From: Myxococcales bacterium
GTDB taxonomy: Bacteria; Myxococcota_A; Polyangia; Polyangiales; Polyangiaceae
Length of the DNA: 64,000 nucleotides
Direction: 5' to 3'
Assembly: GCA_043747615.1 (NCBI GenBank)
Contig: JAYTOU010000017.1
Location: 119,249 to 183,248 of the forward strand
Shown here: positions 1 to 9,496 of the stretch, in pieces
Numbering within the stretch: position 1 is the first letter of the stretch
Layout of the letters: the number at the start of each line of letters is the position of its first letter
Program-made: the position numbers and the translations under genes
Notes under the pieces: model-generated
Told to the model about the DNA's origin: nothing
Database searches by the model: none
Seen by the model: only the letters and a program-made list of their open reading frames with translations

Positions 1-2
1 AA

Positions 3-482
3 GACAGTCGCTACGTCACGCTCCTTCAGATCGCGGAGATGGTCCGCCTCAGCGACGACGTGCAGATCATCGACAACAATTCGAAGGAAGATCTCACCGA
101 GGTCACCCTCGCGCAGATCATCTACGAAGAGCAGAAGGCGCGCAGCCGTAACGTTCCGCTGCAGACGCTGAAGGAGCTGATTCACTCGCGCACAGAGAAG
201 GTCCTGTCCGACTTGCGTGAAGGCCCGATCGGTCGCTTGATTCCAGGTCGCGCGGCCGGTGACGCCCCTCCAGCGGCAAAGAGCGATGCGCCGGTGAAGA
301 CGGACGGCAAGACCGGAATCGTCGGTCAAGCCAAGGAAACACTCGAGGACTGGCAGCAGAAAATCGATGAGCGCATCAAGGCGATTCTGCCAAGCTTCAG
401 CCCATGGCAGCAGCTTCAAAGCGAGGTCAGGCGCCTGACGGCCCGCATCGAGGAGCTTGAGCGAAAGTTGAAAGACAAATAG
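3..482 (+). CDS. PhaR-like (PHB accumulation regulator) DNA-binding domain protein, 5'-truncated by the window edge
   Basis: Frame is open from position 3: DSRYVTLLQIAEMVR..DVQIIDNNSKEDLTEVTLAQII matches the PhaR N-terminal pattern. C-terminal coiled coil. Confidence 0.75.
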   Translation, partial: DSRYVTLLQIAEMVRLSDDVQIIDNNSKEDLTEVTLAQIIYEEQKARSRNVPLQTLKELIHSRTEKVLSDLREGPIGRLIPGRAAGDAPPAAKSDAPVKTDGKTGIVGQAKETLEDWQQKIDERIKAILPSFSPWQQLQSEVRRLTARIEELERKLKDK

Positions 483-508
483 GCACGCTACGCCGTGAGT
501 ATTCCTTG

Positions 509-535
509 GGAATACGAGGCCGCAGCGCTGTGTTG
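509..535 (+). promoter_or_regulatory. ECF (SigR/SigH-type) promoter GGAAT-N18-GTTG, probably autoregulatory
   Basis: GGAAT at 509-513, exactly 18 nt, then GTTG at 532-535. Lies upstream of RBS GGGGAG and the ECF sigma ATG at 561. Confidence 0.7.
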
Positions 536-560
536 ACCCCACTGAAAAGGGGAGCTCGAA

Positions 561-1232
561 ATGTCTATTTTCCGCGCCGCCGTCAAAAAGACCAAGGAAG
601 TCGACACCTTCGCTGAGGAGACGCTCTCCCACTTAGACGGGATGTACGCCGTGGCATGCCGACTGACGCGCAATCCGACGGAAGCAGAGGACCTCGTCCA
701 GGACTCCTTGGTGAAGGCCATGCGCGCGCGGGAGCAGTACGCGGCAGGGACGAACCTCAAGGCCTGGCTCTACCGGATCCTCACCAACACGTTCATCAAC
801 AAGTACCGTCGCGGCGGGCTCGAACGCGCTCTCTTCGACGGGCCAGACGCCGATCCCCTCGCCGACGGTTGGGTGAGCGCGTCCACGATGCGTCAGCTTC
901 GCGATCCGGAACAGATCGCACTGATGCCCATCGTTGAGTCGGAGGTTCGCGCGGCGCTCGACGCCCTCCCCGCTGAGTTCAAGCTCGCCGTCGTGCTCTG
1001 CGATGTCGAAGAATTCTCGTACGAAGAGATCGCCGAGATCATGGGCTGCCCCATCGGCACGGTGATGAGCCGGTTACATCGAGGGCGAAAGCTCCTCCAG
1101 CGCTCGCTCTACAGCCATGCGCTTGCGATGGGGATCGTTAAAGGTGAAGATAGCGTTGGGTCTAATCCTTCCGCGCCGGCAGACATCGCGGCGTATCGCG
1201 CGAAGAAACGTACTGTAAATGGGGCTGGATGA
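561..1232 (+). CDS. ECF sigma-70 factor, SigR/SigH-like
   Basis: Region 2: [30 protein letters not shown]. Region 4: [31 protein letters not shown]. Confidence 0.93.
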   Translation: MSIFRAAVKKTKEVDTFAEETLSHLDGMYAVACRLTRNPTEAEDLVQDSLVKAMRAREQYAAGTNLKAWLYRILTNTFINKYRRGGLERALFDGPDADPLADGWVSASTMRQLRDPEQIALMPIVESEVRAALDALPAEFKLAVVLCDVEEFSYEEIAEIMGCPIGTVMSRLHRGRKLLQRSLYSHALAMGIVKGEDSVGSNPSAPADIAAYRAKKRTVNGAG

Positions 1233-2080
1233 TGTTCTCGCTCGAACGAACCTGTAAGAATTTTTGCCACCTCTTGGGTGCGTACGCGGATGGAGAGCTC
1301 GAGCCCTCCGCCGTCTGCGCCATCGAAGAGCACGTGACGTCCTGCGAGGGGTGTCGCGAGCGCGTGGAGCTGGATCGGGCTATTCGCGGCTCGCTCAAGC
1401 GAACGGTACGCTCCAGCGCGCCGGAAGGTCTGCGCGCGCGTGCAGAAGCGGCAATGATGGCGGCGAAGGCCGCGGAGGTTTCGAAGAAGGATGCGCGGGC
1501 CAGGGAGCTCGCGCTGAATACGAGCGCGGGCGCTTCGTGGCGAACGATCGTCCCGCTGGCGAGCGCCGCCGCTCTGGCGATGGTGTGGGGTGCCGCAACG
1601 CGCGGCCCTCTCAACCAAGGAAAGCAACTCGCCTCGCGCGGCACGCCGGACTCGATGCGAGCCGGCTTCGGAGACGAGCTCCTCGAAGAATTCGTAGCCG
1701 AGCATGCGCGAACGGTGCCCGTCACGCGTCCGGATCTCGGGGACGTGCGGGGCTTCGAGCAGTACGTGGGTGTTCCCATCCGTCCTCGAGGCTTCGAACG
1801 AGCGGGGGCGCGCCTCGTCGGTGGGCGGCTGGTGCCCGTGCATCAGGAGCGCGCGGCGATGCTCCAGTATGAACTTGGAACTGGTCCAGAGCTTCGGCGG
1901 GTGAGCGTTCTCATCTACGATCCCAGGCGCATTCAGGTCAACGACGACAGGATCTCCCCGCGCGATGGATACGTCGCCGTCACCCAGCGAGGCGGCGTTG
2001 GCTACGCATGCGCGAGCGCGAGCAACAAAGACTGCGCAGAGTTCGCCGCGAACGTCGGCGACGAAGCAACCGATCCGTAA
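1229..2080 (+). CDS. Zinc-binding (zf-HC2/ZAS) membrane-anchored anti-sigma factor
   Basis: HVTSCEGC (HxxxCxxC), one hydrophobic segment ([14 protein letters not shown]), ATGA overlap with the sigma gene. Confidence 0.88.
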   Translation: MMFSLERTCKNFCHLLGAYADGELEPSAVCAIEEHVTSCEGCRERVELDRAIRGSLKRTVRSSAPEGLRARAEAAMMAAKAAEVSKKDARARELALNTSAGASWRTIVPLASAAALAMVWGAATRGPLNQGKQLASRGTPDSMRAGFGDELLEEFVAEHARTVPVTRPDLGDVRGFEQYVGVPIRPRGFERAGARLVGGRLVPVHQERAAMLQYELGTGPELRRVSVLIYDPRRIQVNDDRISPRDGYVAVTQRGGVGYACASASNKDCAEFAANVGDEATDP

Positions 2081-2083
2081 CAA

Positions 2084-3820
2084 CTATTGCGCAGCGGCGA
2101 GGCCGAGCTTCCGCGGATCGCTAGCGCTGAAGACGCGGACCGCCGGCCCTTTGCGATCCCACACCACCATCTGCACGGCGCTGAACGGCATGAGCTCGTC
2201 CTTCACTTTTTCGCCGCGTGCGCGAAGACCGGCACGCACGTCCTCCGCGACCTCCGACTCGACGAGAATCTCCGGAGTCGCGCCCGACACGAAAATGCGC
2301 GGCGCGCTCACGCAAGCAGCCGCGTCCATTCCGAAGATCAGACGCGAGAGCGTCGCTTGGGTAACGCCGGTGGCAATGCGTTGCCCGCCGGATCCGCCGG
2401 CAGCAAGAATGGGGACGCCCCCCTCGAGCACGATGGTGGGAGTCATGCTGGACACGGGGCGAGCACCTGGGCGTGGTCTGTTCGGCCCAAGACCGATTAC
2501 TCCGAAGCCACTGATGTCCTGAGCAGACGAGAAATCGGTGAGCTCGTCGTTGAGGACGATCCCAGTGTCTCCGGCCAACACCCGCGCGCCGAATGGGCCG
2601 TTTACGGTGGTGGTGAGGGTGACGACGTTGCCCTCGGCGTCGGCGACGATGAGGTGGCTCGTCCCGCTCTCTTGCGTCCTGAACTCCGGAGCGAGCAGCA
2701 CCTTGTTGGGCTCGATTCTCGCGCGACGCGCCGCGAGCTGCTGCGCATCGAGGGCCTGCTCGTAGGCCGCGACCACTCCAGGGCTCACCTCGGGATCCGA
2801 GGCCAACCGCACGCGATCAGAGATGGCACCGCGCATCACTTCGGCGATCGTGTGGAGGTAGGCGCTCGATCCGAACCCCATCGACGCGAGCGGCGAGCTC
2901 GAATTCGCGCCGAACATGGTGAGAGTCTCGAGGAGCATCAGACCGCCTGCCGACGGAGCGGGCATCGTCGCGATCGTCCGGCCATCGATGGTCTTGGTGA
3001 GCGGCGCGCGCTCGTGAACGCGGTAGCCGGCGAGGTCCGACGCTGACAGCGTTCCCCCAGCGCCCCGTGCGCTCTCGACGATCTTCGAGGCGACGTCGCC
3101 GGTATAAAACGGCTTCGCGCCTTCCGCGCCAAATCGGGAAATCGTTCGCGCCAGATCAGGTCGTCGAAGCGTGGTCCGGTATTCGATGGGCCGGCCTCCC
3201 GGGAGGAAGACCTGCGCAATCTCGGGCGACAAGCCGATGTATTCGTGAAAGCGAGACACACCCTCTGCGAGGTGATGACCGACGAAGAAACCCGTGTTCG
3301 CGAGCTGTGCCGCGGGGAGCGCATCTGCGGCGAGAGACTTTTTTCCGTAGTGCACGCTCAGCCATTCGAGGCCCGCGGGCTCACCGGGCACACCGATGGC
3401 GAGGCCTCGTGCCGGCTGGTTTTTGGTGAGCATTCTCTCGACGTCGAGCTGCGCGGGGGCGGTCTCCCGAAAATCGAGAGCAACGATCTTTCGCTCCTTG
3501 GCGACGTACACGAGCGCAAAGCCGCCTCCGCCGAGACCGCTCGCCGTCGGGTTGACGACGCCGAGAGTGAGGGCCGCGGCGATCGCTCCGTCGAACGCGT
3601 TTCCTCCGCTGTGGAGCAGCTCGAGCGCGGCCTGTGTGGCGTACGCGTGATCGGTCGCAACGGCGATGGTCGACCCTTCGGCGCTCGGCGCAAATGCCGC
3701 CTGTGCCGGGAAGGGCACGGTCGCCGAAATCACCGCGCCGAAGAATGCGGCGACAACGCTCGATGGCCAGCGGGATGGCCAACTCGATGACCAGAGAGGT
3801 GTTAGGCTGCGTTTTTCCAA
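2084..3820 (-). CDS. ggt: Gamma-glutamyltransferase, exported
   Basis: GGNAFD, SGLGGGGF, LDFRETAP, GVPGE, autocleavage Thr in GTSHL, RPVSSMTP, GGSGG, SASDPRK. Start uncertain (TTG 3820 or ATG 3841). Confidence 0.92.
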   Translation of the reverse strand: MEKRSLTPLWSSSWPSRWPSSVVAAFFGAVISATVPFPAQAAFAPSAEGSTIAVATDHAYATQAALELLHSGGNAFDGAIAAALTLGVVNPTASGLGGGGFALVYVAKERKIVALDFRETAPAQLDVERMLTKNQPARGLAIGVPGEPAGLEWLSVHYGKKSLAADALPAAQLANTGFFVGHHLAEGVSRFHEYIGLSPEIAQVFLPGGRPIEYRTTLRRPDLARTISRFGAEGAKPFYTGDVASKIVESARGAGGTLSASDLAGYRVHERAPLTKTIDGRTIATMPAPSAGGLMLLETLTMFGANSSSPLASMGFGSSAYLHTIAEVMRGAISDRVRLASDPEVSPGVVAAYEQALDAQQLAARRARIEPNKVLLAPEFRTQESGTSHLIVADAEGNVVTLTTTVNGPFGARVLAGDTGIVLNDELTDFSSAQDISGFGVIGLGPNRPRPGARPVSSMTPTIVLEGGVPILAAGGSGGQRIATGVTQATLSRLIFGMDAAACVSAPRIFVSGATPEILVESEVAEDVRAGLRARGEKVKDELMPFSAVQMVVWDRKGPAVRVFSASDPRKLGLAAAQ

Positions 3821-3839
3821 GCGAATAGGGAGCTCGTTC

Positions 3840-4811
3840 ATGCGGTTCGTGTACCTGATGGACTCTGTCGATCGCGTGTTGCCCGACAAGGATACGACGT
3901 TCGCGTTCCTTCGCGCTTCACACAAACGCGGGCACAGCTCGTTTCATTGCGAGGTGCGGGATCTCTATATCAACGAGGGCGACGTTTTCGCTCGCGTGCG
4001 CGCGCTCAAGGTGAGCGACGCCGCCCCTCACTTCACGTTCGATGAGCCCGTCGATCTGCGCTTGGCAGATGTAGAAGCCGTTTTCATCCGCAAGGATCCG
4101 CCCTTCGATTCCCAGTACCTGTACGCAACGCTGATGCTCGAGCGGCTTCGCGGGCGCACCACGGTGATCAACGACCCGCGCGGGCTTCGGGACGCGAACG
4201 AAAAACTCTACGCGTTACACTTCGCGCATCACATGCCGCGCACCCTCGTCTCTTGCGAGCGCGAGCAGATCCTCGCCTTCGTCGACGAGGTCGGCGGAAC
4301 GGGCGTGATCAAGCCTCTCGACGGTGCGGGGGGCTCGGGGGTGCTCGCGCTTGCGAGGAACGACCGCAACGCCCGCGCCATCATCGAGATGATCACGCGC
4401 GATGGGAAGATTCACGCGATGGTGCAGGAGTACCTTCCCGCCGTGCGGCAGGGCGACAAGCGCGTTCTTCTCCTCGACGGAGACGTCCTCGGCGGCATCA
4501 ACCGCGTGCCGCGGGCTGACGATCTGCGCTCGAACATCCACGTGGGCGGTCGGGTCGAGCCCTGCGACGTCACGGCAAAGGAGCGAGCCATCGTCACCGA
4601 CATCGCACCGCGTCTGCGCGCAGACGGTCTCATCTTCGTGGGCCTCGACTTCATCGGCGAGCGCTTGACCGAGGTGAACGTGACCTCGCCCACCGGAATT
4701 CAAGAGCTCAGTCGTCACCTCGGACGCGACGTCGCCGAAGACGTGATTGGCTGGGTAGAGAAACGCACCGCGGATTTCAGGCCAAATTTGCGGAGTATCC
4801 CGGCCGTCTAG
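3840..4811 (+). CDS. gshB: Glutathione synthetase
   Basis: MDSVDRV..KDTTFA, FIRKDPPFD, RDANEKL, KPLDGAGG, GDKRV, RSNIHVGG, EVNVTSPTG. RBS GGGAG upstream of ATG 3840. Confidence 0.95.
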   Translation: MRFVYLMDSVDRVLPDKDTTFAFLRASHKRGHSSFHCEVRDLYINEGDVFARVRALKVSDAAPHFTFDEPVDLRLADVEAVFIRKDPPFDSQYLYATLMLERLRGRTTVINDPRGLRDANEKLYALHFAHHMPRTLVSCEREQILAFVDEVGGTGVIKPLDGAGGSGVLALARNDRNARAIIEMITRDGKIHAMVQEYLPAVRQGDKRVLLLDGDVLGGINRVPRADDLRSNIHVGGRVEPCDVTAKERAIVTDIAPRLRADGLIFVGLDFIGERLTEVNVTSPTGIQELSRHLGRDVAEDVIGWVEKRTADFRPNLRSIPAV

Positions 4812-4860
4812 TCCGCATGATGCGTATCACGCGGCACAGTCTCACGAAGGTCGTCTAGGC

Positions 4861-5847
4861 ATGCCGCTCACCGTCGTCGTTCGTGCCTCCAGCGAAGACT
4901 CACCGTCGCTCACCTTCGATGGAGCACGGGTCGTCATCGGCCGCGGGGATGGCTGCGACGTCCGCCTCCCGGACCTCAGCGTGAGCCGTCGTCACGCCAT
5001 CATCCGCGTCCGAGCGGGGGAGCATGCTGTCATCGACGAGGGGAGCGCGAACGGCACCTTCATCGGCGGAATCCGCTTGTCACCACGGACCCCACGAATC
5101 GTGAAGTCCGGCGATCTGGTACGCATCGGACGCGTGTGGCTGGAGATCCGGATCGATCAGACGCCGCCCACCCGTGATCTCGCCGCGGCCACCCGCGATC
5201 TTGCCCTCGCGCTCGTGGGGCAAGCAATGCGCGCCCTCGGTGACGACACGACGCCGAGCGTTCGCGTGGTGGAAGGTCGGGACGCTGGCGCAACTCTCGC
5301 GTTCGAAGAAGAGGGCCGACTTTACATCGCGGGGAGAGACGAGACATGCGACCTCCCGCTCGATGACACCGACGCCTCACGCGAGCACGTGCGCTTCGTT
5401 CGCCGAGGGAGCACGGTCCTCGTGCGCGACGCGGGGTCGAAAAACGGCGCGTTTCTAGGGGACGCGCGCATATCTCCAGATCGCGACACCGCCTGGCGAC
5501 CGGCGCTGATGCTTCGGATCGGGCGGACCGTTCTCGCCCTCGACGAGCCGGTGGCGCTGGCCCTGTCGGACATCGAGCAAGGGGGCGACGAAGCGGTCGC
5601 CGAAGAAGATCTTCCGCCCGCACCGCCGAACGCGTCTCCGCTCCCACTCGTCGAGGAAGCTCCGCGTTCCGAAGGGCGGCGGGGAGCGGCTGCGCCAATG
5701 GCTCAGATCGACGGGGCGGCGTCGCGCGCGGCACCACGACGGAAAAAAAAATCAGGATGGAGCGGGACCGACCTTGCAGTCGTGGCTGCGGCGCTCGCGG
5801 TGATCGCTCTCAGCGTCGCGGGCCTCATCTGGCTGCTGCGAACATGA
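4861..5847 (+). CDS. Tandem-FHA domain protein with C-terminal membrane anchor
   Basis: Two FHA signatures (IGR..SRRHA..GSANGT and AGR..SREH..GSKNG), a Pro-rich linker, then a basic stretch and C-terminal TM helix. Confidence 0.88.
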   Translation: MPLTVVVRASSEDSPSLTFDGARVVIGRGDGCDVRLPDLSVSRRHAIIRVRAGEHAVIDEGSANGTFIGGIRLSPRTPRIVKSGDLVRIGRVWLEIRIDQTPPTRDLAAATRDLALALVGQAMRALGDDTTPSVRVVEGRDAGATLAFEEEGRLYIAGRDETCDLPLDDTDASREHVRFVRRGSTVLVRDAGSKNGAFLGDARISPDRDTAWRPALMLRIGRTVLALDEPVALALSDIEQGGDEAVAEEDLPPAPPNASPLPLVEEAPRSEGRRGAAAPMAQIDGAASRAAPRRKKKSGWSGTDLAVVAAALAVIALSVAGLIWLLRT

Positions 5848-5862
5848 GGTATGGAGGAAATC

Positions 5863-6669
5863 ATGAGTGAGTCCAAGCAAGGGTGGGCGCTGGTCACCGG
5901 GGCCTCGGCGGGCCTCGGCGTGGAGTTCGCGCGGCAGCTCGCAAAGCGCGGGCACGACATCATCCTCGTCGCCCGCCGACGGCAGCGGCTCGAGGAGCTC
6001 GCGACCGAGCTCGAGAAGAACGCGAAGGTGAAGACCCTCGTCCTCGAGAGCGATCTGAGCGTGGCAGGTGCCGGCGCCGCGCTGATCGCGGAGCTCGCGA
6101 AACGAGATATTTTGCCGGAGATCCTGGTCAACAACGCCGGCGTCGGCGCGCATGGTCCGGCGATCGATCTCCCGCTCGAGAAGGCGGCAGCCATGATTCA
6201 TCTGAACATCGTCTCCCTCACAGAGCTGTCGATCGCCCTCGGCGCAAAGATGTCGGCGCGCGGCCACGGAGCCATCGTGAACGTGGCGTCGATCGGAGCT
6301 TTTCAACCCGCGCCGTTTTTTGGAACCTATGCGGCGACGAAGGCGTACGTGGAGAGCTTCAGCGGGGCGCTCACCCACGAGCTCGCGCCGCGCGGTGTAC
6401 GTGTCCTCTGTCACTGCCCTGGACCGACGCGCACGGAGTTCAACGACGCTGGCGGTGTGACCATCGAGGGCGGCGATTTTTTCTACATGAGCGCAGAACA
6501 GTGCGTGCGAATCGCCCTACGCGCGCTTGATCACGGAAAGCGCTTGGTGGTCACCGGTTTCGTGAACAACATCGCCGCGTGGCTCGGGCGCACTATGCCC
6601 CGTGCCATCGTGCTGTTCGTCGCCGCAAAGATCATGAAGCCTCCGCCGTCTCCGACGCTCCCTGCGTAG
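5863..6669 (+). CDS. Short-chain dehydrogenase/reductase (SDR)
   Basis: TGASAGLG, NNAG, YAATK. RBS GGAGG precedes ATG 5863 (alternative start 5851). Confidence 0.93.
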   Translation: MSESKQGWALVTGASAGLGVEFARQLAKRGHDIILVARRRQRLEELATELEKNAKVKTLVLESDLSVAGAGAALIAELAKRDILPEILVNNAGVGAHGPAIDLPLEKAAAMIHLNIVSLTELSIALGAKMSARGHGAIVNVASIGAFQPAPFFGTYAATKAYVESFSGALTHELAPRGVRVLCHCPGPTRTEFNDAGGVTIEGGDFFYMSAEQCVRIALRALDHGKRLVVTGFVNNIAAWLGRTMPRAIVLFVAAKIMKPPPSPTLPA

Positions 6670-6694
6670 GCCGACTAAACTTTCGGGGCGGGGC

Positions 6695-8533
6695 CTACCG
6701 GAGGAGGGCGCTGTCGACGGCGGCCATCGTCTCGGGGCCCGAGGAGGACTGGGGCGCGAGGCGGCGGACCGTCGGCGGGTACGCGAGAGCAAGCCCGGTG
6801 AGCGGAATCGCGGCGAGCAGCTCTTCGAGGGCCGCGGCATTCTTCGGTCGGTCCGTCATGCGCTTTTTCAAGCACTTCATGACGGCGAGATCGAGCGCTT
6901 CGGGAATGTCGAGATCGGGTCGACGCGTGCGCATCGCCGTCGGGATCTGGCGCTGGTGCAGATCGAGGAGCTCACGACGGCTCGGCGCGGTAATCGGAAG
7001 CTCGCCGGTGAGCGCTTCGTACATGAGCACGCCGAGCGCATAGATGTCGGTGCGCCCTTCGACGGCGGCTCCGATGCATTGCTCAGGAGCCATGTATTCC
7101 GGCGTTCCGAGTGTATAGCCGGCCTGCGTGAGGGACTCCGCGGTGGTGAGCTTGCTCATTCCGAAATCGAGAACCTTCGACACGCCGTCCTCGCAGAGAA
7201 AAACGTTTCCGGGCTTTAGATCGCGGTGAACGACGTCTTTGGCGTGGGCCGCACCGAGGGCGCGCGCGACGCCGATGAACACCGGAATGGCGAAGCCAGG
7301 GGTGATGAGACCGTCACGCGAGAGCTTGTCTGCGAGCGAGCGTCCGAGGAGCCGCTCCATGACGACGTAGATCGATCCGTCCGACATCTGGTCGAGGTCC
7401 ATCACGCGCACGACGTTCGGGTGCTCGACGTGGACTTGGATGTACGCCTCCCGACGAAGGCGGGCGATTTCGCTCCCGTCGCGCGCCGCGGCTCCACGCA
7501 GAACCTTCACCGCCACCTCGTGCCCGAGGGAGGTGTGCTCGGCGGCATAGACGACGCCGATCCCTCCGGAGCCGATCTTTCGTCCGATGCGGTATTTCCC
7601 GCCCAGAACCGTTCCGGTGAGCTCGCCGGGCGTCGCCTGATTTTCTCCGCGGAGCTCCAGGCCACGCTCGAGCGCGGCGATGCGATTTTTTTCGAATGCC
7701 CGCGCGCTGCGATCTTCTTTCGAGCGGTCCCAAAGAAAACCAGCGCCCCCTCCGAGGACTCCGCCAAGCACGCCGGCCACGGCCGCCGCAACCCAGCCGC
7801 CGGCAACGGCCACAGCTCCCGCGCATGAAACGGCCGCGATCGCCGCTCCTGCGGGCGCTCCGCTACGCGCGCGCATTCCTTTCCAGTGCACGTTGTACAC
7901 GCAGGCTTCTCCGCCTTTCGCCAGGCAAGCCTCGTGCACCACCGTGGCATCGAGGAGGCCCCAGATGCGAGGCATTCCCACGAGCTCACCTTCGCGCGCG
8001 GCGCAAAGGAAATTTTCCGCGTCTTTTTCGTCGCTCTCGGGCTCATCTACGTCGTCGCGCAGGCGGTACGTCATGCGCACGGAGTCGATGCGCGGGGGCT
8101 TGCGATCGCCTTTTTTTTCGGGGCCGCCGAGCTCTTCGAGCTCCCATGCTCCGATCCGACTGATCTCGCGTGAGCTCGCCGCGAGGTAACGGTAGCCATC
8201 GACGGGCTGCTCGGCCACGCGCAGCATGCGTACGAGGGTGCCGAGGGCCTCGGGGTGCGTGACCCACTCGCCGCGATTGCGGAGCGCGTCCGTCCCACCG
8301 AGGAGCGTGGCGATCGCCTTTAGCGCACGGCGAGCGGCTTCGGCGCTCACCCAGCCGGTTTCGTTGTCGACGACGCTCGGCTCGATGCCGCAGCCGTTGA
8401 GGAGTTGACGCGCCGCACGCTCGCCCTTCTCGGCGCGGACGCGGAGTAGATACGTCTTCAGGATCGATGCGCGGAGCTCTTCCTTGCCGCCCTGCCGCAC
8501 CGAGCCGCGTTGCATGGGCGATGCGCGCGACAT
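6695..8533 (-). CDS. Ser/Thr protein kinase with N-terminal V4R/HNOB-like domain and a membrane hairpin
   Basis: Kinase motifs GSGGIG, VAVK, HRDLKPGN, DFG, GTPEYMAPE. N-terminal HEACLAKGGEACVYNVHW is V4R-like. ATG 8533 lies 2 nt after the upstream stop. Confidence 0.9.
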   Translation of the reverse strand: MSRASPMQRGSVRQGGKEELRASILKTYLLRVRAEKGERAARQLLNGCGIEPSVVDNETGWVSAEAARRALKAIATLLGGTDALRNRGEWVTHPEALGTLVRMLRVAEQPVDGYRYLAASSREISRIGAWELEELGGPEKKGDRKPPRIDSVRMTYRLRDDVDEPESDEKDAENFLCAAREGELVGMPRIWGLLDATVVHEACLAKGGEACVYNVHWKGMRARSGAPAGAAIAAVSCAGAVAVAGGWVAAAVAGVLGGVLGGGAGFLWDRSKEDRSARAFEKNRIAALERGLELRGENQATPGELTGTVLGGKYRIGRKIGSGGIGVVYAAEHTSLGHEVAVKVLRGAAARDGSEIARLRREAYIQVHVEHPNVVRVMDLDQMSDGSIYVVMERLLGRSLADKLSRDGLITPGFAIPVFIGVARALGAAHAKDVVHRDLKPGNVFLCEDGVSKVLDFGMSKLTTAESLTQAGYTLGTPEYMAPEQCIGAAVEGRTDIYALGVLMYEALTGELPITAPSRRELLDLHQRQIPTAMRTRRPDLDIPEALDLAVMKCLKKRMTDRPKNAAALEELLAAIPLTGLALAYPPTVRRLAPQSSSGPETMAAVDSALLR

Positions 8534-8535
8534 GA

Positions 8536-9417
8536 TCAGAAATGAGCGCCGAGGGTGAGGCCGGCGTACCCAGGGCGAACGTCGGGACGAAGGCGCGCCC
8601 GGGTCTCGGGCCCGGTCGACTCTGTGAAATGCCAGATGAGCCCGCCGGCGACCGCGGCGAGACCGAGGCCGCCGACCACTCCGCCCACCGCCGACAGCGT
8701 ATTTCCCGAGCTCTGCGCGTTCGACGCGGCGGCGGCTGCTTCGGGGCTCTGGCACTCGCGCTGGCCCTGGGCCGTGATCTGGGAGCAGTTCTTATTCGAA
8801 TCGGAAATTTTTCCCTGACCCACGATAATGAGGACGAGCCCGGCGACGACGGCAGCCCCTCCCACACCGACCATCACCCAGGGCCCCACCGTGTGACCGT
8901 GCTCGCTGGTCACGCGATCCGCCGGAGGGTTTCCGGGAGGCGGCGGCGGCGGCGGCAGCGCGGTCGGCACCGGTTCTACGGGCGGCGTCGCGATCGGCAC
9001 CGGCATTGGCGGAGCGGCGGCGATCTGCGCCTTCAGACTGGCGATGCGCCGCTGGATCTGCTCGTTCCCCGGCTCGTTCGGGGGGACACGCTTCAAGTAC
9101 GTTTCGAGGGCATTCACGGCCTCGGCGCGATCGCCTTTCAGCTCGTACGCGCGGGCGATGATGTTGAGCAGATCGTGCTTCGTGCAGTCGCGACGGTACG
9201 CGTCCTTGAAGTAATCCACTGCGCGCGCGTAGTCGTTTTCGTCGAAGGAGCCTTTGCCTGCGATGTACGCGCCGTGGGCGGCGTCGCTGTCTGTCTTCGT
9301 CGGATTCCCCGTGCATGCGGGGTAAACCGTCAGGCTCGGCTGCTGCGCAAACGCCGGTACACTGACGACAGTTCCAAAAAGAAAGACGAGGCAAAGCGTA
9401 CGAGGTGATGCGCGCAT
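8536..9417 (-). CDS. Exported TPR protein with Pro-rich linker and C-terminal hydrophobic segments
   Basis: Signal peptide ending PAFA. TPR-like helices (DYARAVDYFKDAY, LLNIIARAYELKGDRAEAVNALETYL). Common myxobacterial architecture. Confidence 0.75.
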   Translation of the reverse strand: MRASPRTLCLVFLFGTVVSVPAFAQQPSLTVYPACTGNPTKTDSDAAHGAYIAGKGSFDENDYARAVDYFKDAYRRDCTKHDLLNIIARAYELKGDRAEAVNALETYLKRVPPNEPGNEQIQRRIASLKAQIAAAPPMPVPIATPPVEPVPTALPPPPPPPGNPPADRVTSEHGHTVGPWVMVGVGGAAVVAGLVLIIVGQGKISDSNKNCSQITAQGQRECQSPEAAAAASNAQSSGNTLSAVGGVVGGLGLAAVAGGLIWHFTESTGPETRARLRPDVRPGYAGLTLGAHF

Positions 9418-9496
9418 CGAGAGGCTCCGATCGAGAAGTCCGCGAGGTATCATAAGGGATTGTGCAGCGGACCCCAAACGCGCGACGGCGCGAGGC

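Noticed and set aside
5743..5751. Homopolymer runs (also 8111-8118 and 17336-17344) as phase-variation sites
   Set aside because: Short runs. The first two encode Lys tracts in intact reading frames and the third is intergenic. No evidence of slippage.
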